Positions 26,342 through 39,985 of a DNA stretch of 64,000 nt are shown here, one piece after another. The DNA comes from Mobula hypostoma (lineage: Eukaryota), in the NCBI RefSeq assembly GCF_963921235.1, contig NC_086097.1, forward strand, positions 143,036,001 through 143,100,000, written 5' to 3'. The position numbers were made by a program, and so were the translations under genes. The notes under the pieces were generated by a model, which was given only the letters and a program-made list of their open reading frames with translations, did no database searches and was not told the origin of the DNA. Every line of letters starts with the position of its first letter. Position 1 is the stretch's first letter.

Positions 26342-26916
26342 CTGTACAGTTGTTTCCTTTTTGGCCTCTTTCGTAATAAGTAGAAGTCCTCTCGTTCCTC
26401 ATTCAGACAGAGCCATGCATGAAATGCAAAGCCATTACCTGGCCACTTATGGATGGTGGGAACCATTATTCCTGCCATGCTGGGAGTCAGGTCAAAATAC
26501 TGCAGCACAGTTTCTGAGCTGTCTTTCTTTGCCATCGCTGACAAGGCCCGAATAACACGGGTGGTGTACGGGTGTGTTTTGCCATCATCAGTCCGAAGAA
26601 GTTTTATCAACTGCCGAAGCTCTGGAGGTTGAATGGAGAGACTGCCTAGTGACTGGAGAAGATCAATAAGGTTCTCGCTGCACTTCCTGTCGAGCTGTGG
26701 GTGGCAGCCCAAAGATGTCAGGACAGTGGGAAGCATTCCAGCTTTTACACAGGTGGCACGTGTCCACAGCGTGGCATTGCAGACTTTCTTCAGCCACTCA
26801 GAGACAAAGATCTGTAGATCACGGGACTTCAGATCAGGAATCCACTGCACCAAGATTAATAAGGGTTGCTCATTGTTGATCATTGTGAGGTTGGTCATGT
26901 TCTCATTTTCAATGGC
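26342..26916 (-). CDS. NBEAL2: NBEAL2 exon K (575 nt): AIENEN...FDLTPSMAGIMVP...RKQLY
   Basis: ctgcag|GCC ... AG|gtagga; lies within ORF 26338..26970. Confidence 0.95.
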
Positions 26917-27269
26917 CTGCAGACAGAAGGGAACCATCATGAGAGGTAAGTACTGACGTAACTGACCCATTCCTAAAAGCTGGAAGCAGAACAGTGACCA
27001 TCACTTTTATTCTTAAGATAACTGGTAATGAAAGATAAATTGTAGGTTTTCCAGTAATTTGAATAGTAAGGAATGAAGGGCTATGGGTTTCATACAGAGA
27101 AGCATCACTGGGGTAAATGAAAAACCTAGATTTTGATAGAATGATGAAGCAAGTGCAAGGGGGCGAATGGCTTACCACTGCTTCTATTTCTCACGCTTCT
27201 ATAAAACACCCAGAGCCCAAGAAGAAGATCAGTCCAAGTGAGAATCCCACTGTCTCCTCTTCCGCTTCA

Positions 27270-27551
<282 letters not shown>

Positions 27552-27639
27552 TCACTCTTTTCTATATACAAACACAGTAAGAGTCACAATGTAATCTGCT
27601 AATTCTACCAGAAAGCTGATAAAAGCGAGTGAAAAAGAC

Positions 27640-28000
27640 TTGCAGTGCCTTTCCCAGTCTCAGGACATCACATTGTGCTTTACCACCAATGAAGGACTTT
27701 TCAAGCACTGTTGCAATATGTGGAAATACAACAGCCAAAGGACTCCCTGGAAGCACAAAGAGTAAAGAAATATCCCCCAGAAATCCATTCTGGTGGTGGT
27801 AGTTGAGCAATAAATTTTGGCCAGGTGCTTGGAGAGCACTTCATTCTTTCTTCAAAATAATGCCCAGGGCTGCTTTGCCTCCGGCTATGAAGCTAATCAA
27901 AGCCTCGGCCTAACATCTCATCCAACAATGGCACTTTGCACAGTGCAAGACTGTGTAAGCTTAAAATGCCATCTTTAAAAAATGCTCAAAAGCTCTGCAG
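27640..28000 (-). mobile_element. Deu-domain (AmnSINE/SacSINE-like) SINE, degenerate
   Basis: caggacatcac..gctttaccaccaatgaaggacttttcaag...taacatctcatccaacaatggcac. Confidence 0.6.
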
Positions 28001-28660
28001 TGGAGCCAAATAAAAGATGCTGAACAGAAAGAACAATAAATAATTAGTAATTATACCTCAAGTGAAAGATTGTGAAATCAGGGCAGATCAAGTTTCCTTC
28101 GAAACTGAGGTAATGGTTTGTTTTGATTTTTGCCTTTATGGTAAATAAAATCCTCAGGAGAAGCAATAACGCTATTCTGACCCAATGGCAATTTCAGTAA
28201 AGGAACAAAAAACAGTGGCTGTTGTATCAATCTGCATTTTCATGAGTTTAAGTCATTCATTGAAGGGTTGGGAGTGATGATGAAATGAAGGACCAAAATT
28301 GGTTGGAAGAATTCTGTTAGAAATTTCCACTTGAAACTATTTCAGTGGAATTGTTGATCCACTTCTTCCTCCAAACAGGGACCTGCTCCAGGGAATAGCA
28401 AATTTCACAGGGAGGTGATTATAAGCAGACAGCGGCTAAGTAGAAGTTTTAGGCTAATGAGACCACATGTATTTTAACACAGATGTGATATGATTTAACA
28501 CATCCCCTGATATGAAGTGCCTGATTTCAATTCTTTGTCCTATGAGAATATGGCTGCATAACAAGAAATGCAGAGAAAGACAAAAATCTAAAACAGGCTG
28601 TTTGGTAATAGAGAGGTTTACGGTAAAATTGGGAGGACACTGGAACTCCAGATATCATAC

Positions 28661-28744
28661 CTTGGCAGAGGGTGAATTCTTCATGATTGCTGTCAGCACT
28701 CTGATGGCGTGCACTGTGATGGAATCCGATTCTTTCTCAAATAC
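28661..28744 (-). CDS. NBEAL2: NBEAL2 exon I (84 nt): VFEKESDSITVHAIRVLTAIMKNSPSAK
   Basis: tttgcag|GTA ... AAG|gtatga. Confidence 0.94.
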
Positions 28745-29189
28745 CTGCAAAAGGGGCAGATTATTACAACAACTTTGTAGGAAGCCAATAAAGTTGTGCT
28801 GCAGCTACCTACTTCAGAAGCAAGGCCAACTGTGAATGCGCTCATGAAGCCAGACTGCAGAAGGAGATGAGAAGACAAGACTGTAATTGGGTTGTCCCCA
28901 CTGAAAGTATCAATGTGATTGGCTCTGAATAGTCATCTGAATTTGCATTGCAACTGGCACCAGACTGGGCCGTTCAACAAGTTGTCTCTATTAAGGGCAA
29001 ATAATGATGATAAGCAAGTGCCAAATTGCAGTGACATGCAGGCACTGGCAGATGGGAAAACTGTGGAAAAAGTAAAAGGGAAGGAGAGAATAGAGGAGGT
29101 AACTGAATTCTCCAGAATAAAAAATGCAGAAAGTTTAGAAAGAACTAAGAATTTAACTTCAGGCAAGATGGAGACAAATTTGAGAAGAG

Positions 29190-31960
29190 AGATGATGAAT
29201 ACAGGATGGAAGGCATTATATCTGAATGTATGCAGTGTACGAAACAAGGTAGATAAGCTTATAGTGCAGTTAGAAATTGGCAGAAACATTGTTGGAGGCA
29301 TCTGACAGTCATGGATGAAAGAAGATCACAGCTGGGTCCTAAACCTCCAAGGATACACATTCTATCAAAATCACAAGCAGATGGGCAGAGGGGGTGAGAT
29401 GGCATTGTTGGTAAAAAATGAAATCAAATCCTTGGCAAGCAGTGCCATAGGATCAGCAGATATAGAATCCTTATGGATAGATTTAAGAAACTGCGAGGGT
29501 AAAAAGACCCAGTTGGGAGTTATATGGCTCTGAGCAACAGCCGGGTTATGGAGTACAAGTTACAGTGGGAGATAGAAAATGCATATAAAGGGGGCAATGT
29601 TATGATGGTCATGGGGGATTTCAATATGCAGGTAGATTAGGAAAATCAGGTTGGTATTGGATCCTAAGAGAAGGAATTTGTAAAATGCCTATCAGATGGC
29701 TTTTTGGAGCAGCTTGTGGTTGAGCCCACCAGGGAAAAGGCAATTCAGGACTGGATGTTGTGCAATGAACCAAATTTGGTTATGGAGCTTAAGGTAAAGG
29801 AACCCTTAGGAAGCAGTGAATAAAATATGATAGAATTGACCTTGCAGTTTTAGAGAAAGAAGCTAAAATCAGATGCATTGATATTACAATTGATTAAAGA
29901 TAACTACAGAGGCATGAGAAAGGAGTTGGTCAAAGTTAATTGGAAGGGACCCTAGCAGGGATGAAGGTAGAATAGCAACATTTGGAGTTCCTGGGAGTAA
30001 TTCAGAAGACATAGGATTAGTTCATCCCCAAGAAGAAGCATTCTAAAGGAGAATGAGACAACTGTGGCTGGCAAGGGAAGTAAAAAACAGCATAAAATCA
30101 AAAGAGAGGGCATACAATATATCAAAAATTGGTGAGATGCTAGAGGATTAGGAAGCTTTTTCAAGCCAACAGAAGGCGTAAGAAAAAGCAATGATGGAAA
30201 TGGCATAAGAACTGAGTTAAAGATTTTATGTCAGTCTTCACTGTGGAAGACACAAGCAGTTGCCAGAAATTCGAGAGTATCAAGGGACAGAAATGAGTGT
30301 GGTCACTATTACTAAAGAGAGGGTGCTTGGGAAGCTGAAAGGCCTGAAGGTACATAAGTCACTTGGACCAGATGGGCTATACACCAGGATTCTGAAAGAG
30401 GCAGATACATAAGAACATAAGGAATAGGAGCAGGAGTAGGCCATCTTTCCCGTCAAGTCTGCTCCACCATCTAATAAGATCATGGCTGATCCGAACATGG
30501 ACTCATCTCCACCTACCTGCCTTTCCCCCATAGTCCTTAATTCTCCTACTATGCAAAAATCTATCCAACCTTGTCTTAAATATACTTACTGAAGTAGCCT
30601 CTGCTGCTTCATTGAGGAGAGAATTCCACAGATTCACCACTCTTTAGGAAAAGCAGTTCCTCCATCCTAAATTTACTCCCCTGAATGCTGAGGGTACACC
30701 CCCTAGTTCTAGTCTCACCTACCAGTGGAAACAACTTTCCTGCCTCCATCTTATCTATTCCTTTCATAATTTTATATGTTTCTATAAGATCTCCTCCCAT
30801 CCTTCTGAATTCCAGCAAGTACAGTCCCAGGCGACTCAATCTCTCCTCATAGTCTAACCCTCTCATCCCTGAAATTAAACTAGTGAATCTCCTCTGCACT
30901 GCCTCCAAAGCCAGTATATCCTTCCTCAAGTAAGGAGAACTGCATGCAGTACTCCAGATGCAGTCTCACCAGTACCCTGTGAAGTTGCAGCATAACCTCC
31001 CTGCTCTTAAATTCAATCCCTCTAGCGATGACGCCAACATTCCATTTACCTTCTTGATAGCCTGCTGCACCTGCAAACCAACCTTTTGCAATTCATGCAC
31101 AAGCACTCCCAAGTCCCTCTGCACAGCAGTATACTGCAATCTTTTACCATTTAGATAATAATCTGATCTTCCATTGTTCCTTCCAAAGTGGATGACCTTG
31201 CATTTAGCAACATTGTACTCCAACTTCCAGACCCTTGCCACTCACTTAACCTATCTATATCCCTCTGCAGACTCTCTGTATCCCCTGCACAATTTGTTTT
31301 TCCTTTCAATTTAGTATCATCAGCAAACTTAGATACATTACACGCTGTCCTGTCTTCCAGATTGTTAATGTATATCGTGATCAGTTGCGGGCCCAGCACT
31401 GAGCCCTGTGGCACACTGCTCACCACTGATTGCCAACCAGAGAAACATCCATGTAGCCCAAGTTGAAGAGATTGTGGAGGCATTAGTAGTAATCTTTGAA
31501 GAATCACTAGATTCTAGAATAGTCCAGGATGACTGGAAAATTGAAAATGTCATTCCACTTTTAAAGAAGTGAGAGAGACAAAAGATGGAAAATTATAGGC
31601 CAGTTAGCTTGACTTCAGTGGTTGGCAAGATGTCAGGTTCTATTACACAGGATTAGGTTTCAGGTTACTTGGAAGAACATGACAAAAGAAGGCTGAAGTC
31701 AACATGGGTTCCTTAAGGGGATATCTTGTCTTACAAATCTGTCAGAATTCTTAAGAGGAGGTAGGAGGTAGGAAGCAGAATAGACAAAGGAGAGACAGTG
31801 GATGTTATTTTCTTGGGTTTTCAGGAGGCCTTTGACAAGGTGCCACGTGTGAGTTTGCTAAACAAGATAGGAGCCCATGGTATTATTGGAGGGTTCTAAC
31901 ACGGACAGAAGATTAGTTGACTTGCAGAAGGCAAAGAGTGGGAATAAAGAGGGCCTTTAA
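29190..31960 (+). mobile_element. CR1 ORF2 (EN-RT) fragment split by a nested antisense CR1
   Basis: LYLNVCSVRNK, GDFN and AFDKVP motifs. The reading resumes at about 31460 (gaagagattgtggaggca) directly after 30400 (ctgaaagag). Confidence 0.88.
30406..31452 (-). mobile_element. Nested CR1 3' portion (RT C-terminus plus 3' UTR)
   Basis: VPQGSVLGP, KFADDTK, LEAVQRRFT; tail acataagaacataag at the left end. Confidence 0.9.
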
Positions 31961-34163
31961 TAAAGAACAGGTAGGAAATATCCTTTGTCTTGGAGGAAAG
32001 ACAAAAGTTCCCAAGGTCATTTTGTGCTCAGGGGGCTGCCTATTCATTACCAGGGTTATTGATGAAGAGAATTTCACATGTTGCACAGGATGTACATCTG
32101 TGGATGGTGATCCATCCTATGAGACTCCTTATGCTTATTGGAATCTTATCCAAGGCACAGCAATTAAGGTCCTTGTGGCAAACATTTTGAACAAGTTTTA
32201 TGACTGCAACAGATGAGTATCTCCTTATCCTTCCCCTGTAGTTACAGACAATAGTACCCAATGGCTTCAATCAGATACAAATCACCAAGATGCTACATTG
32301 CACAATATATTCACAACCATAAAAGTCAGGAAATTGTTTTAGTGGCATTAGAAACATGAACATCACACCACAACAATGATCCATTTCATGTCCATTACTA
32401 TAATAGGAATCAGTTTCTCCTTCTGATTTGCAAAGGTCATTTCATTTGCAGTCTATAAATACTATTCTGAAATTCACAGTGACCTCATATGATTCCCTTT
32501 ATGAAGCTCGATTCTCTCTGTCTGTTTCTCTCTCTCTCCAACAAACTTCACCTTTGTGAAATTAATCAGTTTGTCCAGTCTTTATTTCCCCTGATAAGAA
32601 TAAACAAGGCCATTAATGTTCTCAAGCCTGCTTGACATTGAAATTTATTGGTGACTTCCATCCAAATCTCTTTGTTATTATCCCTAAAAGAAACTATCAA
32701 TCCCAGTTTTGAAATTTTCATCTAATCCAGCATGAACAGCATTTCAGAGAGAAAGTTTGAATCTCCTTTCCCTTGTTCTTAAAAAAAAAGTGCTTTCTGA
32801 CTTCACTCCCAAATGCTTAAGCTCCTAATTTAAGATTGTGCCATCTTGTTTTGAATTCGCCAATCAGTAGATATTGCTTCTCTGCATTTATTCTTTTCAA
32901 TCCCTTTTGTTACTTTCTGCATTGTGATGAACTTGGACCTTAATCTTCTATACTCAAGGGAACAAAAATACAGTTTCAGAAATTTGTGGTTTAATCTAAT
33001 GATCTGTAATCATTTTGTACGAAACTGTTCTTCACTCCTTCCAAAGTAGTTTCCAGATATGAGAATAATATTTCGTATGAGGTTAACCATCAACAGTGGA
33101 ATTATAACATCTTGACTTGTATACTCCAGCCTTCCTAAGATGTAGTCATCTTCCTTGTTATGCCTCATTACTAAAAGTTAATATGCTGAAAGGGAGTTAT
33201 TCTTGTTCTCTTGTTCTTGCATAACTCCTTGCTTGTCAAAGACTTCTGTTTGTTTTTTTTTACTGGGAATCAAGTGGAAACCCCACACATACTCAAGCTG
33301 ATCTCTATCTGCCCTGATTTCAACTCACTTAAATTGTCCATGGTCTTTGAAACATGCTGCTCATTCCTGCAGAATATCAACAGGCAACATTATAGCAGAT
33401 CACAGAGCAAATCATTAAACCTTTTACAAATCTGTATGACATTTTTATTGCCTTATGCTGGTAGTGTAATAAAATATTGTGATTATAATTACAAGAGTTT
33501 TGTATATTTTTGTCCAAGTTTGGCTATGTAAATCAAGTTTGCGTACGTTTGTTGTGGTATGACATTAATTATTTCACAACCATGAAATTCAATCAGCCTA
33601 GTAGAGATATACTAATGATTGACAGACAAGCATATACTAAGCAGGAAATAGGATCAGCACCCCAGCTGGTATCAGCAAGCTGCAGCTTTCCTTATATTTC
33701 ATACATTAAGTACCTGCTTTTGGGTTCGTTTTTCTTTTAAAATAATTTTTTGTTCCAATACTCAGGTTACAAAGTTTCTCTCTGCTACGGTAGAAGGAGG
33801 TTTGACATTAGGTGAAAGGGTAGGGGAAGAAGACTGTAGGTAGCAAACAGAACAAGGGTGGGCAGGAGCAGGAAGGGGAAACAGCAGCAGAACAAGAAGG
33901 GGAGGTAGCAGGCATGAGAGGGAATGAAGAGAACAAGAGTGGAAGGAGATGGGGAGTACAGGAAAGGGAAGGTGATGGAGAGTATGAGAGAGGGAGGGAG
34001 ACACAGAGAATGACATGGAGAGAATGATTGTGCAGTTGGAGGGAATGAGAAGCGCATGGACAAGAAGGGGAAGGGGAAAAGCTTTTCAATATGTGACTGC
34101 ACCGTGCTGACATCAAGCCTGGTCATTCCTTTTCATTCAGTTTATCAGCAGCTGCAGCAGTAC

Positions 34164-34250
34164 CTTACTGAGATTGATTTCAGTCAATAATTGAGTGGTA
34201 AGGTCAGTCCCACCCTTGCAGTCATCCTTAGATCTACTGCTTACATAGAG
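34164..34250 (-). CDS. NBEAL2: NBEAL2 exon H (87 nt, phase 0-0): LYVSSRSKDDCKGGTDLTTQLLTEINLSK
   Basis: Long polypyrimidine tract ending cgacag|CTC ... AAG|gtactg; resembles human LYLQSR...DLATRLLTE. Confidence 0.85.
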
Positions 34251-34669
34251 CTGTCGAAGAGAGGGAAAGGAGAGGCGAGGGAGGGTCAATGGGGAGGGAG
34301 GAAAGCAACAAAAAAACAGAATGTATAAAATACATGACATTGGAAACCACACAAAGCTCACAAAACACCACAGAGCAACACAAATTAACTTCTAAACTTT
34401 CAGACGGATAAAATGTTCCTACATCTTGTGCCCAATCATTTTTAATCATAAAAATATTTTTGGTGGAAGATACTTGAGAAAGAGCATAACAAGGTGTCCT
34501 CACTGCAGAAACTTGGGAAGACCTCCAAGGTCATCAGTCTTTCCATGTTTGCCCTCTCTGTTCTGAGGGATAGAAATGAAAAGTGGTGTAGGAGTTGATC
34601 AGAAGGTAGACAGTCATCAGGGAGCAATGTTACTGGCTGAGGGACCCTGGGCCCACTTGGTGCTGTAGG

Positions 34670-35345
34670 TTATCACAGTGGCAAATGGAGCTCAATGTGG
34701 GAAGCATAGGGTGATGCATATTCATTAAAATAATTAAGTAGCACATTAGCTTTTACTGCAAAGGAGTTGAAGTTACAAAAGGGGAATTTTAGTTACAGTT
34801 ATCCAGGATCTTGGTGAGCACCTACAGTACCGGTTCCAGTTTCGGTCTTCGTACCCAAGGAATGAAGCAATCCAAGCAGTCCAAGTGAAGTTCACCATGT
34901 AAATTCCTGCGATGTGAGGGCTGTCCTTATCAAGAGTGATTAAGTAGCTCGGGCCTGTATTCTTTAGAGTTTAGCAAAATGAGAGGTGATGTTACTGAAA
35001 CATTCAAAATTCTGTGGGAGCTTGACAGGGTGAGATAAAGAGATGTTTTCATTAGTGGCAGAGGATCGAATGACAGGACATAGTTAAAAGACAAGGGACC
35101 AGTCATTAAATACTGAGATTCACAGTATGTTCTTTACTCACAGGGTGATGAACCTGGAATTCTGTACCCTGAGAGCTATGGAGGCCAAATTATTTTGGAT
35201 GGAGTTAGTTAGGTATTTGAAAGATTAAGCAATTGAGGAGTGTAGGGAAGTGACATGGAGGAGGAGCTGAGGAGCAAAAGACATATTGAATGGAGGAGCA
35301 GGCTTGAGGGTTGTGGTGCTCTACTGCTGCTGCTGTGTTCTTGTG
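34670..35345 (+). mobile_element. Degenerate CR1 3' fragment
   Basis: gtggcaaatggagctcaatgtggg; tttagagtttagcaaaatgagaggtgat. Confidence 0.7.
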
Positions 35346-35842
35346 CATTTTCCTGGATCAGTTCTATAACTGGTTTGGATCCTGCACCATCTCATGGCTA
35401 TGTTAATAGAGTCAATGTCGAAACGTGCAGTGGGAACAAAAAGGTTTATTACATCTACTTTTTCTTTTTAAGTATGTCTTTTGACAGTGAAAATGTACTC
35501 AGCCTTGACCTTCTTCCTTATAAGAATGCACAAAGCATGCTGTTTGCACACTAACTGTGTCAGATGTCCTCACACTGACTCGTAATTGTACAGCTCATTG
35601 CAGTAGGTTAATTCACCTTTAGTCAGTTATGCACATTGAGTTGGATGATCTCAGGTTCACTCCCCAGAATTCACCTGCCTATTATTAAAGTTCTGGTAGG
35701 TTCTATAAAAGCAGATAATCCTTTCTGCTTGATAATCAACCATTCCATCTGCACTGAAAACTATTCTCCAAGAATTTAGGCATCAACTGAGAAAAGTAGG
35801 TTTGTACTCATTGACAGTTTGTACTCGAGAGAATTGCCAATG

Positions 35843-36272
35843 TACACTCAGTGCCCACTTCATTAGGTACCTCCTTTACATATTAAACTGGCCACTGAGT
35901 GTATTTTGTAGAAATCTACTGCTGTAGCTCATCCACTTCAAGATTCGACATGTTGTGCATTCAGAGATGCTCTTCTGTGAACCACTGTTGTGGTGCTTGG
36001 TTATTTGAGTTACTGTTCTTTTCCTGTCAGCTTGAACCAGTCTGGCTGTTATCCTTGATCTCCCTCATTAATAAGGCCACGGAACTGCTGCTCAGTGAAT
36101 AATTTTTGCTTTTCGCTCCATTGTCTGTAAACTCTAGAGACTGTTGTGTGTGAAAATCCCAAGAGATCAACAGTTTCTGAGACTCTGAATTGATGCCACA
36201 TGATTGGCTGACAGGTATTTGCATCAATGAGCAGGTGTACATGTCTACCTAGTAAAGCAGTCACTGAGTGCA
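35843..36272 (-). mobile_element. Non-autonomous Tc1/mariner element
   Basis: TA-CACTCAGTG..CACTT.ATTAGGTAC left TIR and imperfect inverse ending at 36272; HTH remnant VSETVDLLGFSHTTVSRVYRQW. Confidence 0.85.
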
Positions 36273-36660
36273 TCTTGTCCAACACATGAAGAACAGGCAC
36301 TTGAATCGGGTGATAAATCATAGGCAGGGCTGAGAATGGAGAGAGGAGTCATGGAATCTCGCAACCCTGAAAGTCATTCTGACCATTGTATCTGTACAGG
36401 CTCTTTGATAGAGCTATCCAATTGATCCCACTCCCCTTCTTACCCCAGGAGGGGCAAAGCTGGGGAAAGAAATGGTAAGGGACATTCATCCTAAGTTTCA
36501 ATCCCTCTTGAAACTTCAAGACTAATTTCAGAATTCAAGCATTTCTGGTTTCCCCTTTCATTCGTTCAATAAAATTTCCCGCAGCCTAACTTCACTTTTA
36601 AGAGTCTAGGAGAACAGAAGCACAGAAAGCCAACAGCAAGCGATGAGGCCGACCTGCTCA

Positions 36661-36798
<138 letters not shown>

Positions 36799-37288
36799 TC
36801 AGTTTGGTTTTCGCCGCCTCTGCATAGGGGAGAGATGAAAAGACAGCACGACATCCACAACAGCTGAGCTGGCAACCATTTTGCTTGGAATTAAAACATA
36901 GGAATTGACCATAAAAGAAAAAGGCCTATCTAATTCACCCACGTAATATCACGATTCTATAATGATATACCAAAAGTGCCACTGTAGAGTAATTAATGTA
37001 ATTATAGGCTCAAATTTAACACAAGTCATGAAGAGCTTTAGAAACCTTAAGTTAACCATTCCTCCCAAGCGTGTTACAACTATCATGTGTACTAACTGTA
37101 CGTATGTACTATACTCTCACCTTTTTTTTTCCCCTGGAAGAAATCTAATTTTTGCATTTAGCTCAATACCATTTGCTTCCACTGCTTTCCAAGAAGAATT
37201 AGCTTCTTGTCCATTGAAATAATGCTTCCAAACACTGGCTTTGATTTTTCCCTTTTAAATATGAAGACATGAAAGCATCTTCACTTAC

Positions 37289-37595
37289 TGAGCATGTTGA
37301 TCCGCAGTGTGATGAACCCATCCTCTAGCCGGGTCTTTATCCCCTCCTCCAGCACGGGCACTGGCCGGTCAGCATTCAACAACTTAAAGTAACCTTCCAG
37401 AATTGTCTTTATCTCCACTTGCCTCTGGTCTAGGCTACTGGCATGAAGAATGTGGATCATTGAAATGAGGCACTTTAAGGCAACATGCAGTGGTCTGGTG
37501 TCCTGCGGGTCCTGAGTTCCGGTGTCACACGAGGTTCTGAGAACCAGCATGAGAGCCTCAACTGAGGTGGAGGTGATGGCACCAAGTGCATTTTG
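37289..37595 (-). CDS. NBEAL2: NBEAL2 exon F (307 nt): QNALGAITS...FITLRINML
   Basis: ctacag|CAA ... A|gtaagt; lies within ORF 37281..37652. Confidence 0.93.
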
Positions 37596-38712
37596 CTGTA
37601 GCAGAAGAGTCAGATGCAGATTTAAGTTAAGTGTCAGGCAGGTTAAATTCAATTGAATACATTTCTTTAAGTGGAGTGATCCATTCAGTCATTCCACCAT
37701 GCATTTATACCAAAACTTGGTGTGTTTGGGTATCCACTCAGACAACATTCCCTGTGTGGCTGATTAGGCAGCACACTCTTAGTCACTGAGTTGACAGGAA
37801 AGGACATGACAATTGTCGGCAGCAAAGGAGCTCAGTGGGTTGAACAGTACCTGTGGGGTTGGGGTGGGATAGGAATTGTTGAAATTTCAGGTCAAAACGG
37901 CGCATTAGAAGTGAGAGTGGAGAGAGGAAATAGCTAATATAAAAAGATGGGGGAGTGGTGAGGCAGAGGTTTGAGGAAGCTAGTGGATAGAGGGGGGGGT
38001 GCGAGGAAGTGTTGAAGAATGACTGACCGATCGAGCCAAGTAGGGGTGGAATTCACCTCTGCTGAGAGGAAGACGAGGCCTGTTCTCTGGGGTTTTGTCG
38101 TGGGCAATGCAAAGCTTTGATTTTTGAATACACACATATGCAAGAGTGCCTGTGCTCAGTCACTGAGGTCAGAGTGACTTTGGTTCTGGAATGGAAGAGA
38201 AGGAGGTTGGACAGCTTCCCATTTTTATTGTAGAGTTGTTCTGCTTCAGTGTGAAGCTTGTTGGAGGTGATGAATATCACAATAAGAAAGATTGATGGGA
38301 CTGATGTGTGGAATTGTGAACCAGGAGGTGAATCTAGCAGCAGATTAGAACAATCAAGTGTAGTTTCTTATATTTTCCCATCACGTAGGAATTCATTTGG
38401 CCCACTGAATCTGTGTCAGTTCTCAAAGTAATTCCATTCCCTCACTTACAGTAATTTCCTGTAACCTATTTTCTCAGATAGTTATTGACTCTGCGGATTC
38501 TCCTACAACCACAATTCATAGTTGCCAACTAACCAACCAACCTGTGACTCTTTGGGCTGTGAGAGGAAGTCAGGGAACCAGAGGGAAAATGCAGAAGTGA
38601 AAGGTCTTGTCCCCTCTCTCTAGGAAGGAAGTGAGGAACAAAGCACTGACAAAAAATCTTTCTCCTTTATATTAGTTACGTTTTCAGTTTGCAATGACTG
38701 CTCAAATTTTAC

Positions 38713-38798
38713 CTTACTCCCACTGATAATGGCTCCATAAAGATATATCAGCCGCAGTTGAATCATCTTTGGCAAGCTCTGACTGTTCTGGAAACTTT
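38713..38798 (-). CDS. NBEAL2: NBEAL2 exon E (86 nt): ESFQNSQSLPKMIQLRLIYLYGAIISGSK
   Basis: cttgtag|AA ... AAG|gtaaaa; phase fits both neighbours. Confidence 0.92.
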
Positions 38799-39124
38799 CT
38801 ACAAGATCATGAAAACAAAGAAATCAAAAGTTAGAGCAGCACCAAATGGGAAAGTTGTATTTGTACAATATTTCCATATCATTCAGGGGCCTTAAAGTAC
38901 AACCATGAGAGAAATTACTTTCAATAATTATAGTTTGTTTCTATTGAACAAACAAGTCATCCATTAGGAAATGGATTCCACAGAATGTACAGAAGTTGAG
39001 GGTAATTTTGATACTGGTAGAAGTGTAAATTGCACAAACTCTTATATGTATCCCTCAATTGTCAGCTTTACTTAAGTCAATGGGAACTAAAACAAAAGGA
39101 CAGAAGAGATGTATAAAGGATGAT

Positions 39125-39650
39125 GCCCATAGAGTCATAGAAACAGGCCATTCAGCCCAACTGATCCATGTTGACCAAGATGCCCCCATTCAAGTTCGTC
39201 CCATTTGCAAGGTTTCTAAATCTTTCCAATCCATGTACCTATCCAACTGTTTTTGTACCTGCAGTACCTCAACCACTTCCTCTGGCAGCTCATTACACAG
39301 AGATACACCCTTTATGTAAAAGTGGTTTTTTTTCCACACATAGGGTGACCTATGCTTTTGAGTTCACAATTCCCCATTTCTGGGGAGAAGTCTGAGAGTG
39401 TATTCTATCTACACCCCTGGTGATTTTATTCACTTCTGTCACCACTCAGTCTCCTATGCTCCACAGAATAAAGTCTTCGCCTGGCCAGCCTCTTCCAGTC
39501 CCTCAAGCCCTGGCAGCAATTTTGTAAACCTTTTCTGCATTCTTTCCAATTTAATAACATCTTTCCTATAGTAGGGCAACCAAAACCGAACATAATGCTC
39601 CAAGTGCATCTCCACCAGCATCCTGTACATCCACACCATGACCTCCCGAT
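39125..39650 (-). mobile_element. CR1 3' fragment
   Basis: LEHYVRFWLPYYRKDVIKLERMQKRFT; tail catagagtcatagaa. Confidence 0.85.
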
Positions 39651-39769
39651 TTATGTAACCAATCTTCCAGTCTCTTTTCTCATGTCACACACTTCAGAAC
39701 AAGCATTTCAGGTAATTTCAAGTGAAAAATGTTAGAAAATCCAGAGTTTGTTTTATATCACTTCCGTGA

Positions 39770-39985
39770 TCTACGTAACGCTATTACAGTACCGGTGATA
39801 GAGGTTCAATTCTGCTGCTGTCTTTCAGGAGTTTGTACATCCTCCCCGTTACCGCGTGCATTTCCCCTGGGTGCTCCGGTTTCCTACCACATCCCAAAGA
39901 AGTCTGCGTGAGTATGTCAGTTGGCCATTCGTGTGTAATTGGATAGCATGGGCTCATTGGGCTGAAGGGCCTGCCTGGTTCAGGG
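39770..39985 (+). mobile_element. tRNA-derived V-SINE-like element
   Basis: B-box-like ggttcaattc followed by ggagtttgtacat..gggtgctccggtttcctaccacatcccaaaga. Confidence 0.7.

Noticed and set aside
39770..39830. tRNA gene suggested by a B-box-like GGTTCAATTC
   Set aside because: No cloverleaf, and it continues into a SINE body
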